UHGV virus genome: UHGV-1380059
Direction: 5' to 3' (one strand)
Source: a virus
DNA length: 43,329 nucleotides
Position 1 is the stretch's first letter, and each line of letters begins with the position of its first letter. Below, in pieces: positions 16,270 through 24,783 of the stretch. The notes under the pieces were generated by a model. It was given only the letters and a program-made list of their open reading frames with translations, did not search any database and had not been told where the DNA came from. The position numbers and the translations under genes are program-made.

Positions 16270-16551
16270 GTGATAGAGTCAATGATTACAGTAGCAGAAA
16301 TTAAAAATAATTTGCGTATTGACTATGATGAGGATGACGCCTACTTAGAAATGTTACTTGGAGCAGCACAACTCTATATTTTAGGTAGTATTGAAGTAAC
16401 CGTATTACCAGATGACCCAAAAACAAACACACTAATATTCATGCTGGTATCATTATGGTATGAAAATCGTGTTCCAGCTACAAATGCACTGCAACAACAA
16501 GTACCATTTACTATTACAGCAATGATTCATCAATTGAGAGGTGTTGTATAA
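16270..16551 (+). CDS. head-tail connector (gp6-like)
   Basis: 93 aa in the position and of the size typical of Phage_connect_1; the start is either GTG 16270 or ATG 16282. Confidence 0.55.
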   Translation: MIESMITVAEIKNNLRIDYDEDDAYLEMLLGAAQLYILGSIEVTVLPDDPKTNTLIFMLVSLWYENRVPATNALQQQVPFTITAMIHQLRGVV

Positions 16552-16886
16552 TGGCAAACATCAAGACATCCAAACTGAACCAGCGGATTACACTACTAGT
16601 GAAAACGCGTTCACGAAACGAGTACTTTGAGTGGATTGAAACATGGAATCCAGATAGAAAAATATGGTGTTCCGTCAAACAGCAGTATTTCAAAGACTAT
16701 CAAGACACGTACGGAACAACGCTAGCTAATACAACAAACTTTATCATTAGATATGATACAGGGCAACTGGTTTCAAAGTCTAATCGCATTGAATTCAAAG
16801 GTAAACAATACAGAATTGAGGACATTCTGGAAGGTTCATTTGATAGAGACTTCACTACATTAGTATGTAAACAAGTGGAGGATTAA
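16551..16886 (+). CDS. head closure / head-tail joining protein
   Basis: 111 aa; its ATG overlaps the upstream stop. Confidence 0.55.
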   Translation: MANIKTSKLNQRITLLVKTRSRNEYFEWIETWNPDRKIWCSVKQQYFKDYQDTYGTTLANTTNFIIRYDTGQLVSKSNRIEFKGKQYRIEDILEGSFDRDFTTLVCKQVED

Positions 16887-16888
16887 CT

Positions 16889-17260
16889 ATGAAAAAGAAT
16901 TATGTTGATTTTAGCTCAGTCTACAAAGCTCTAGGTAAAACGGAAAAGCAATTTGAAAAGGCAGCCGTCAAAGCGGTAGAAGTAGCTGGCGAATATGCGT
17001 CAAAACAGTTGAAGACAAAGACGCCAATTGATTATGATACAAAAACACATATGAAAGACCACATTGTCTATAGTAAACCAACAGCAAAAAAACCAATTTC
17101 AGAAGTTGGTTTTGATAAGCAAGTAGCCTGGCGCGCGCATTTCGTGGAATTTGGAACGATTAAACAACCACCACAAGCCTTTATACAAAAAACAATGAGA
17201 GATATAGAAAACAAAGTAGCAGATATTATACAATCAGAAATGATGAGGAGGTTAAAATAA
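16889..17260 (+). CDS. tail component (HK97 gp10-like)
   Basis: 123 aa in conserved order. Confidence 0.5.
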   Translation: MKKNYVDFSSVYKALGKTEKQFEKAAVKAVEVAGEYASKQLKTKTPIDYDTKTHMKDHIVYSKPTAKKPISEVGFDKQVAWRAHFVEFGTIKQPPQAFIQKTMRDIENKVADIIQSEMMRRLK

Positions 17261-17625
17261 TGAAATTACCAATTTTAATGATTGCTGAGGCATTAGAAGA
17301 ATCTATCCCAGAGATAAACTGGTTTGTCAATCAAATTGAAGAAGAAAAACAAGTAAATCCACCTTATCCTCTAGGACGTATCGTAGAGCTATCTGGTGAC
17401 TATGTAGATTACGCCTCAGAGCAACCTAATTATCTAACAACAAGCGTTCAGGTAGATGTGTGGGTGCGTGACGTGCAAGAATCAAACAAGTACTACTTTT
17501 TACTTGATAAAGTCATGAGAGAGCAAGGTATTCAATGTACTTATACAGAAGAAACACAGGACCAGGATTTGAAAGAAGGACGCAGAATTATTAAGCGTTA
17601 TGTGCTATCACAGCGAGTCTTATAA
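17260..17625 (+). CDS. tail completion protein (gp11-like)
   Basis: 121 aa in conserved order. Confidence 0.45.
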   Translation: MKLPILMIAEALEESIPEINWFVNQIEEEKQVNPPYPLGRIVELSGDYVDYASEQPNYLTTSVQVDVWVRDVQESNKYYFLLDKVMREQGIQCTYTEETQDQDLKEGRRIIKRYVLSQRVL

Positions 17626-17648
17626 TTAAACACAAACACTTAATAATG

Positions 17649-17657
17649 TGATATAAT
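17649..17657 (+). promoter_or_regulatory. extended -10 promoter TGaTATAAT
   Basis: 'tgtgatataat' upstream of the major tail gene. Confidence 0.4.
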
Positions 17658-17686
17658 TACTATAGAAACAAAATAAAACAAAGGAC

Positions 17687-18265
17687 GTGATTATTATCGC
17701 TTTAATCGGATTTGAAAAAGCCATTATCTCTGTGCCAAAAGCAACAGGATCAGGCGTAGACCAATTAGTAATTGATAAGACAGGTGGAGGTACTATTGAA
17801 GCAAGTATCTCAGGACTTTCACCAGACCAAACGACAGTGTACGCTTCAAATGTACCAATTTACGTGTCAGCTAAAGGGGTTGGTGAGATTACCGCTTCAC
17901 TAAATGTATTTGATCTTTATAAAAATGGAGTTTATGAGAAAATTTTAGGTATCACACGCGACACTGACGGGGTTGCAAGTGTTGGGCAAGATGCCGAAGC
18001 GCCATATGTGTCAATTGTATTTGTATCAAGCGCACCAGATGGTAAGAAGATGTTCCTTGGCTTGACAAAAGGACGTTTCTCACATCCAGAACTAGCCTTG
18101 AACACATCAGAATCAGGTGGAACAGAACCAAACACAGAAACAATTGAAGGTTCATTTGTAACTGACTCACGTGGGATTGCTTATATGAGTGGTGTGGAAA
18201 ATGGTACAACGCTAACACTAGACAAATTCATCAACAAAGTAAACAATGTAGTAGGTGCAGGTTAA
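17687..18265 (+). CDS. major tail protein
   Basis: 192 aa, Ser/Thr/Gly-rich, in conserved position; GTG start; the upstream in-frame stop is at 17663. Confidence 0.7.
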   Translation: MIIIALIGFEKAIISVPKATGSGVDQLVIDKTGGGTIEASISGLSPDQTTVYASNVPIYVSAKGVGEITASLNVFDLYKNGVYEKILGITRDTDGVASVGQDAEAPYVSIVFVSSAPDGKKMFLGLTKGRFSHPELALNTSESGGTEPNTETIEGSFVTDSRGIAYMSGVENGTTLTLDKFINKVNNVVGAG

Positions 18266-18272
18266 CCACTAG

Positions 18273-18299
18273 ACCTAGTCTTAATTGACTAGGTTTTTT
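18273..18299 (+). terminator. intrinsic terminator
   Basis: 'cctagtc ttaatt gactagg' + 'tttttta'. Confidence 0.65.
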
Positions 18300-18322
18300 A
18301 TTTGCACAAGTAAGTGAATCTA

Positions 18323-18331
18323 TGTTATAAT
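18323..18331 (+). promoter_or_regulatory. extended -10 promoter TGtTATAAT
   Basis: 'tatgttataat'. Confidence 0.4.
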
Positions 18332-18365
18332 GAAATAGTAAATAAAACTAATTGGAGGAACTAAA

Positions 18366-18695
18366 ATGATTACATTAAATTTAGAAATTGACGGAAAAAC
18401 AAAAGAATTTAAACAAAAATCAATCAAAGTGCGAGCTATGCGTGAAATGATGAAATTTCAAGCACGTATGGAAAAAGTAGAATCTGGTGAGGATCAAATG
18501 AGTCCACTAGAACAAATTGATGCAATGGTTATGTTAGTAGCAGATGTGTTTGACAATCCAGAGGTAACATTTGAGTCAATTATTAATGGAGTTGACGCTG
18601 ATAAACTAGAATCAGTGTTAGGCGGTGTATTTGAAGCTATTGGAGGCGGTATGGCTGAACAGCCAAAAAAGGTGAAAAAGACCTCTCAGAAATAA
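18366..18695 (+). CDS. tail assembly chaperone G
   Basis: 109 aa between the major tail and tape measure genes; contains the slippery site near its 3' end. Confidence 0.65.
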   Translation: MITLNLEIDGKTKEFKQKSIKVRAMREMMKFQARMEKVESGEDQMSPLEQIDAMVMLVADVFDNPEVTFESIINGVDADKLESVLGGVFEAIGGGMAEQPKKVKKTSQK

Positions 18696-18925
18696 GCTGG
18701 GAGGAACACATAGAAGCAATGGACAAGCTGTACACTGACCTTCTATCCAGTGAGTCTGGAGCGTGGTCCCTATCAGAAATTAACAACGCTGATTATAACT
18801 TACTAATGGAGTTATTTACAAAAGACAATAAGCCTAAAAAAGAAAAACTACAAGACCCACTAGATTTCTTTGGTACATTTATGAGTCCACAAGATATAGC
18901 AAAAGTCAAAGGAGAAACTACGTAG
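18366..18925 (+). CDS. tail assembly chaperone GT (frameshift fusion product)
   Basis: After the shift, the -1 frame is open from 18670 through 'KKGEKDLSEISWEEHIEAMDKLYTDLL...' to the TAG at 18923-18925. Confidence 0.6.
18665..18671 (+). other. -1 programmed ribosomal frameshift heptamer A_AAA_AAG
   Basis: 'cca aaa aag' in the G frame; a -1 shift reads through into the 18719..18925 ORF frame. Confidence 0.7.
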
Positions 18926-18972
18926 TGTATAACTGCGTAGTTTTCGTATAACCATAGGGGGTAAGTATCAGC

Positions 18973-19638
18973 ATGACAGTATTAGTGTATGAACATATTA
19001 CGCCTAATGAGAAACGATATATAGGTATTAGTAAAAATATACATGAACGATGGAGAAAGCATGGACTAAGTTCATCATATAATAAATATTTTACAAAAGC
19101 GGTTAAAAAATATGGGTGGGATAATATAGAACATAATATTATAGCTATATGTGATACTTATGAAGAAGCGTGTAATATAGAAATTAAATATATAAGTATA
19201 TTTAATAGTACAGACCCACGTTTTGGATATAATATAACTCAAGGTGGAGAGTTACTAACTGGGGAAAACCATCCTGCGTTTGGTAGGTTTGTCAATAAAG
19301 ATGAACGACGTAGACGAAGTATTAAGGCTAAAGAAGTGTTTAAAAATAGGGATTATACTGGAAAAAACAACAGCTTTTATGGTAAGCAACATAGTGATGA
19401 GACTAAGCGTAAAATAGGTAAAGCTAACTCAGGTAAACGTAGTGATGAATATAAACGTAAAATGGCAGAAGTATTGGGTACACCAGCATTCAACATATAC
19501 TATAACGGTGAGTACATTGAAACAATGTATAATCAATCTGAGTGCGCTAGAAAATATAACTTACATGTAGCATCAGTCAATAGGTGTTTACTTGGTAAAC
19601 AACATACAACAAACGGATATACTATCAAACCAGTGTGA
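18973..19638 (+). CDS. GIY-YIG homing endonuclease with NUMOD3 repeats
   Basis: 'VYEHITPNEKRYIGISKNIHERWRKH' (GIY-YIG), and 'NHPAFGRF' / 'NSFYGKQHSDETKRKIGKANSGKRSDEYKRKM' (NUMOD3-like). Confidence 0.8.
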   Translation: MTVLVYEHITPNEKRYIGISKNIHERWRKHGLSSSYNKYFTKAVKKYGWDNIEHNIIAICDTYEEACNIEIKYISIFNSTDPRFGYNITQGGELLTGENHPAFGRFVNKDERRRRSIKAKEVFKNRDYTGKNNSFYGKQHSDETKRKIGKANSGKRSDEYKRKMAEVLGTPAFNIYYNGEYIETMYNQSECARKYNLHVASVNRCLLGKQHTTNGYTIKPV

Positions 19639-19656
19639 TTAAAACACTGGTTTTTA
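19631..19656 (+). terminator. intrinsic terminator
   Basis: 'ccagtgtg attaaaa cactgg' + 'ttttta'. Confidence 0.6.
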
Positions 19657-19665
19657 TGTTATAAT
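19657..19665 (+). promoter_or_regulatory. extended -10 promoter TGtTATAAT upstream of the tape measure gene
   Basis: 'tatgttataat'. Confidence 0.4.
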
Positions 19666-19698
19666 AGATTAAGAAAGCAACCAAAAGGAGTGAAATGC

Positions 19699-22600
19699 AT
19701 GGCACAAGATAGACCTATAGGAAACATGCGATTTGGCGTGGGATTTGACGGAATAGACGAATCTTTAAATACCTTAGATAAGTTAAACAGAGCCTTAAAG
19801 CAGTCAGAGTCAAGTATGAAGGCAACCATGTCAACCTTTGATAAGGCGGGTGCCTCTGCTGAAGACCTGTCACGCAAAGAGCAAGCTTTAATTGATACTA
19901 CAGAATTACAAGCAAAGAAAATACAATTATTGGAAAAACGTAGAGAGGACTATATCCAAACCTACGGAAAAGAATCTAAACAAGTAGCTAATGTTACAAC
20001 ACAAATCAACACAGCTACCGCTAAATACAATAAGCTATCAAAAGAACTTGATTCAACAAAACAAGCTTACATTCTAGCTAGTACTGGAGTTGACAAATAC
20101 GCTTCAGCAATCAAAGATAATGAAAAAGCAATGAATGATGAAATCAAAGCATTCAAAGAAGCTGGAGACAAAGCTGGAGAACTTGAAGCAAAACAACGTG
20201 GATTAACAAAACAAGCAGAGTTGACAGAACAAGCCATTGAATCACAAAAACAAGCAATCAACAAAATGGCGCAAGAGTTTGGCGAATCATCAACTCAAGT
20301 AGCACAAGCACAAGCCAAATTAGAAGAGTTTAAACGTTCAGCAAAAAATACAGATACACGCTTAGAGGGTGTGACCAACTCACTCTCTGAGTTGAAAAGA
20401 GAAGCCTCTAATGTAGATGATAAAGTAGATAAAGCGGGAGACTCACTAGAAGAAGCTGGTAAACAAGGTAATAAAGCAGAAGATGGTTTCAAGAGTGCTA
20501 CTAAAGAATTCAGTGCATTGGCTACAGGTCTAGCTGTTTCTATATCTACAAAAGCCCTGGATATGGCGATTGAAGCGGCAGACTCATTGAAAGAATCATT
20601 TAACGAAGTAGTGGAAGCCTCAAATACATTTCAGGGTAAAATGGGAATTACAAAAGGTGAATCTAAACAATTCCTAAATTTTGCCAATGATTTAGTAAAA
20701 TCAGGAATGGTAGATACCCTGGAAGAAGCTCAAGAAGCTATTACACAAGTCTACCAAACAGCTGGTAAAAAAGTTACGCCAGAAGGATTGAAACAACTAA
20801 CAAAATACGCTATCTCATTCAGCAAAACATTTGATACAGATGTAAATGAAACCATGCGTGGTGCGTCACGTATGATGGAAAACTTTGGTATCAGTGCTGA
20901 AGAAGCTTTTGACTTACTGACTGCTGGTGCACAAAATGGATTGAATCAATCAAATGAGTTAGCAGACAATATGGCTGAGTATTCTCAACTATTTGGTCAA
21001 ATGGGATTTACCGCAGATGAAACATTTAGTTTACTTGAAGCTGGATTAGATGGTGGAGCATATAACTTAGACAAAGTAAATGATTTAATCAAAGAAATGG
21101 GTATATCCTTAACAGATGGACGTTTTGAAGAAAACGCAGACATGTTCAGCGAATCAACAAGGAACTTATTTAATGAGTGGAAAAACGGCAAAGCGACTCA
21201 GGGTGAAGTAGTCAAGGGTATGATGAATGACTTTTCCAATATGGAAGGTGGATACGAAGCCCTTAATAAAGCGGGTACCGTATGGTCTGCTCTAGGAGAG
21301 GACAATTCTCTTAAAGTAATCAAAGCAATGGCAGGAGCTAGTAGTTCATTTGGTGACGCAGACGGTGCAGCAGAAGAGTTAAATAACACCATGACTAATA
21401 CTACAGCATGGGAAGCTTTCACTAATGGGGTAAAAGGAACGATTAACTCCATTGCCATATGGGCGCAAGAGTTCTCTGGTGGAATGACAGAGCCAATTGA
21501 GAATTTCTTTAATAATACATTACCTAATGCTATGACAACATTAGATGGCTTTTTAGCTTATATTGGTACATTCATCTCAAATTTAAAAGATGTTATTGGT
21601 AAAATGTGGTCTGGACAGGACACAGTAAGCGACCAACATATTTTAAATATAATGGGGTTCAGTTGGGAAAGTATCTGGGCGTTAGATGACTTCATTACAC
21701 AGGTTAAGGAGAAGGGTGAAGTATTAACCCAGTATATTAAAGGTTTCTGGCAGTTATTTACTGGTGATGAAGCTACCCAAATGCAAGGGTACTCCTTACT
21801 CCGTTCATTAGGGATGAGTCAAGAAGACATAGAATCACTAGAAACAGCGAAAGAAAATATTATGAAGGCTTTTGATTCTGTAAAAGAGGTAATAATAAGA
21901 CTGCTTGAAGATGGGTTGGATAAAATGCTTCAAGCATGGAAAGACTTAGTTAAGATTTGGGAGGAAGTTATAGCACCTGATTTATTACCTCTGTTTCAAC
22001 AGTTCAGTAACTGGCTCAGTCGTATCACAGGTGATCTATCAACTATTACTGGGGCACTAGATAACTTTGGTAGCTCATCACAAAGTAACTCTAACGTAGT
22101 TATTGACGCATTTGGGTTGATGTGGCAAGGTATCAAGATTAAGCTAGGTTTAATCATGGCAACCATTGAAACAGCTATGATAATCATTTCCAGTACTATC
22201 AAGATTTGGAGTAAAATTTTCCAAGGCGATTGGGGTGGTGCTTGGGAAGAAATCCAAAAGATGTATGACCGCATATCTACTTCAATCAAAGAAAATTTGA
22301 AAAACACCTTCTTAGGTGATATGATTACAAGTATTGAAACGTGGAACACCAAAACGACCGCGGCGTTCACTGGCTGGATCAGTGATATATCTACCAAATT
22401 TAGCACATGGCTAACTAAAATGAAGAAATGGTTTCAAGACTTACCAGGTGAGTTAGCTGATAAGTTTAAATCAGGAGGAAGTAAAGTGGCAGATGCGTTT
22501 AAAGGTGTATTCAACGGTGCACTAAAAGCAATTGGAAAACCTGTTAATGGTATTATCAAAGGTGCTTCTTGGGTACTTGAAAAATTAGGCGCTGAACCTT

Positions 22601-24186
22601 TAGAAGAGTGGGAAGTACCACAATACGCTACAGGTACACCAGTAGGCGGACACCCAATTAATGGGCCAATGATGGTTAATGATGGTCGTGGAGCAGAAAC
22701 AGTCATCACACCAGATGGTAGAGCATTCATCCCTAAAGGACGCAACGTTGTATTAAACGCACCAAAAGGAACGCATGTCTTGACCGCAGAAGAAACAGCC
22801 CAGCTTCAAGGTTCTAAAGCTCCTCGTTACCGTTATAAGAAAGGTACTAACTTCTTTGGTAACATGTGGGACAGTGTGAAATATGTTGCTGGTAATGTGG
22901 GAAACACACTGAAAAATGTAGTAGGTGATGTGTGGGACTTTATTTCAGACCCTGGAGCATTGGCTAGAAAAGTACTTGGGGGGTTAGATGTATTAGGTGG
23001 ATTGACAAAATATCCATTAGAAGTAGGTAAAGGCATCCTATCTAAAGCAACAAGTGCACTCACTGATAAAATTACTGGCTTGTTCTCATCAGGTAACTTG
23101 GATACTTCCATAGGAACCAATGGTGTCTATAAATATTTGGCTGATGTTGCTAAGTCTGTGATGAAGAAATTCCCAGGTTTCATGGTAACTAGTGGGTATA
23201 GACCAGGTGACCAGTATTCACATGGTAAACGTAATGCCATTGATATTGCCCTACCAGGCGTTACAGGAGGATCACCTAAATATACAGAAGCCGCCAACTA
23301 TGCGTTTGACAAATTCGCTTCCAAGATTGGTTACGTAATCACTAATGGTAAGGTTCGTGACCGTTCAGGGCAATCAGGTCAACCAGCAACTGGTGCATGG
23401 GAGCCATGGCCAGCTGGAGACCACTATGATCACGTGCATTTAAACGGTGTGAAAGACCCACAAAACACCCAAATTTCAGGCGATAGTGTGGGGGGCAGTG
23501 GCGTAGAAAGATGGCGTAATGTAGCAATCAGAGCGTTGAAAATGACTGGTCAATACAGCGCGGGAAATCTAAATGCATTACTAAACCAAATGCGTACAGA
23601 GTCAAATGGTAATCCTAATGCAGTTAACAATTGGGATATTAACGCTAAAAACGGCACACCTTCTAAAGGTTTAATGCAGGTGATAGACCCAACCTTTAGA
23701 GCATACGCAATGTCAGGATTCAACAGCAATATTTTTGACCCACTATCTAACATCTTAGCTTCAATCAGATACGCACTATCAAGATATGGTTCACTAACAA
23801 ATGCGTATCGTGGAGTTGGCTATGAAAACGGTGGAATTATCACGAAAGAACACATTGCAAGAGTTGGAGAAGGTAACAAGGAAGAGGTAGTTATTCCACT
23901 AACTGGTTCTGGGTTAAAACGCTCTAGAGCTATGCAACTATTAGCATATGCAAATGAGAAGTTGAATAAACAGAGTACTTCAACAACGGTTACTACAAGT
24001 AACTCTAACTCTGACTCTAACCTACAACTTATCATTGCTCTAATGCAACAACAAAATGAGCTACTAGTTCAACTCTTAGAAAAGAACACTGATGTTCTAA
24101 TAGATGGTAAGTCATTAAATCGTGAATTGCAGAAGATAAACAAAACTGAACAAAGAAACACCAATCGCGCACTAGGGTTAATTTAA
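19699..24186 (+). CDS. tape measure protein with C-terminal peptidase M15-like and lytic transglycosylase (SLT) domains
   Basis: The start is probably the ATG at 19699 (AAGGAG 8 nt upstream). Coiled-coil N-terminus. 'YSHGKRNAIDIA...EPWPAGDHYDHVH' (M15-like). 'MRTESNGNPNAVNNWDINAKNGTPSKGLMQV' (SLT). Confidence 0.85.
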   Translation: MAQDRPIGNMRFGVGFDGIDESLNTLDKLNRALKQSESSMKATMSTFDKAGASAEDLSRKEQALIDTTELQAKKIQLLEKRREDYIQTYGKESKQVANVTTQINTATAKYNKLSKELDSTKQAYILASTGVDKYASAIKDNEKAMNDEIKAFKEAGDKAGELEAKQRGLTKQAELTEQAIESQKQAINKMAQEFGESSTQVAQAQAKLEEFKRSAKNTDTRLEGVTNSLSELKREASNVDDKVDKAGDSLEEAGKQGNKAEDGFKSATKEFSALATGLAVSISTKALDMAIEAADSLKESFNEVVEASNTFQGKMGITKGESKQFLNFANDLVKSGMVDTLEEAQEAITQVYQTAGKKVTPEGLKQLTKYAISFSKTFDTDVNETMRGASRMMENFGISAEEAFDLLTAGAQNGLNQSNELADNMAEYSQLFGQMGFTADETFSLLEAGLDGGAYNLDKVNDLIKEMGISLTDGRFEENADMFSESTRNLFNEWKNGKATQGEVVKGMMNDFSNMEGGYEALNKAGTVWSALGEDNSLKVIKAMAGASSSFGDADGAAEELNNTMTNTTAWEAFTNGVKGTINSIAIWAQEFSGGMTEPIENFFNNTLPNAMTTLDGFLAYIGTFISNLKDVIGKMWSGQDTVSDQHILNIMGFSWESIWALDDFITQVKEKGEVLTQYIKGFWQLFTGDEATQMQGYSLLRSLGMSQEDIESLETAKENIMKAFDSVKEVIIRLLEDGLDKMLQAWKDLVKIWEEVIAPDLLPLFQQFSNWLSRITGDLSTITGALDNFGSSSQSNSNVVIDAFGLMWQGIKIKLGLIMATIETAMIIISSTIKIWSKIFQGDWGGAWEEIQKMYDRISTSIKENLKNTFLGDMITSIETWNTKTTAAFTGWISDISTKFSTWLTKMKKWFQDLPGELADKFKSGGSKVADAFKGVFNGALKAIGKPVNGIIKGASWVLEKLGAEPLEEWEVPQYATGTPVGGHPINGPMMVNDGRGAETVITPDGRAFIPKGRNVVLNAPKGTHVLTAEETAQLQGSKAPRYRYKKGTNFFGNMWDSVKYVAGNVGNTLKNVVGDVWDFISDPGALARKVLGGLDVLGGLTKYPLEVGKGILSKATSALTDKITGLFSSGNLDTSIGTNGVYKYLADVAKSVMKKFPGFMVTSGYRPGDQYSHGKRNAIDIALPGVTGGSPKYTEAANYAFDKFASKIGYVITNGKVRDRSGQSGQPATGAWEPWPAGDHYDHVHLNGVKDPQNTQISGDSVGGSGVERWRNVAIRALKMTGQYSAGNLNALLNQMRTESNGNPNAVNNWDINAKNGTPSKGLMQVIDPTFRAYAMSGFNSNIFDPLSNILASIRYALSRYGSLTNAYRGVGYENGGIITKEHIARVGEGNKEEVVIPLTGSGLKRSRAMQLLAYANEKLNKQSTSTTVTTSNSNSDSNLQLIIALMQQQNELLVQLLEKNTDVLIDGKSLNRELQKINKTEQRNTNRALGLI

Positions 24187-24198
24187 TATTTATGTATA

Positions 24199-24222
24199 AA
24201 GGTGGTTCACAGCCACCTTTAT
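24199..24222 (+). terminator. intrinsic terminator
   Basis: 'aaggtgg ttcacag ccacctt' + 'tatttgtg'. Confidence 0.55.
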
Positions 24223-24225
24223 TTG

Positions 24226-24234
24226 TGTTATAAT
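24226..24234 (+). promoter_or_regulatory. extended -10 promoter TGtTATAAT
   Basis: 'gtgttataat'. Confidence 0.4.
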
Positions 24235-24255
24235 TAATAAAAAGGAGGAAGAATC

Positions 24256-24783
24256 ATGAAAGAAATTTGGAAAGACATTGAAGGATATGAAGGACTTTAT
24301 CAGGTAAGTAGTTTTGGAAGAGTTAAGAGTCTAAAGCACTATAAGAAAGATAAAATACTTAAAGAAAGAGTTACAGGTAACGGTTATTTATCAGTAGCAT
24401 TATTTAGAAATTCAGTTAGAAAAGAAAATAGGCTTCACCGTCTAGTAGCTCAAGCTTTTATACCAAACCCAGAAAATAAACCTGAGGTTAACCACATTGA
24501 CGAAAACAAACTCAATAACGATGCGACTAATTTAGAATGGGTTACCTCAAAAGAAAATAGTAATCATGGAACTAGAAACCTCAGAATACATCAAAACAAC
24601 GGTGTAACATATAATAGAAAACCAATTATATGTGTAACAAATGGTGCAACATATACAAGCTTAACTGAGGCTTGCAAAAGTTTGGGAGTAACAAAACCCC
24701 ATGTATGTTCAGTATTAAAAGGTAAACGTAAGACAACAAAAGGATATGTTTTTAAATACTTAAACGAAGGAGATAATAAATAA
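24256..24783 (+). CDS. HNH homing endonuclease (NUMOD4 + HNH_3)
   Basis: 'MKEIWKDIEGYEGLYQVSSFGRV', 'HRLVAQAFIPNPENKPEVNHIDENKLNN', 'ENSNHG'; inserted between the tape measure and Dit genes. Confidence 0.85.
   Translation: MKEIWKDIEGYEGLYQVSSFGRVKSLKHYKKDKILKERVTGNGYLSVALFRNSVRKENRLHRLVAQAFIPNPENKPEVNHIDENKLNNDATNLEWVTSKENSNHGTRNLRIHQNNGVTYNRKPIICVTNGATYTSLTEACKSLGVTKPHVCSVLKGKRKTTKGYVFKYLNEGDNK

Noticed and set aside
20067-24035. Numerous 60-140 aa ORFs on the minus strand inside the tape measure gene (and similar ones antisense to the portal, capsid, Dit, polymerase and helicase genes, e.g. 13530..14066, 2977..3285, 34891..35121)
   Set aside because: They lie wholly antisense within long, well-supported genes, lack RBSs and have low-complexity Ser/Leu-rich translations. 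They are frame artefacts.
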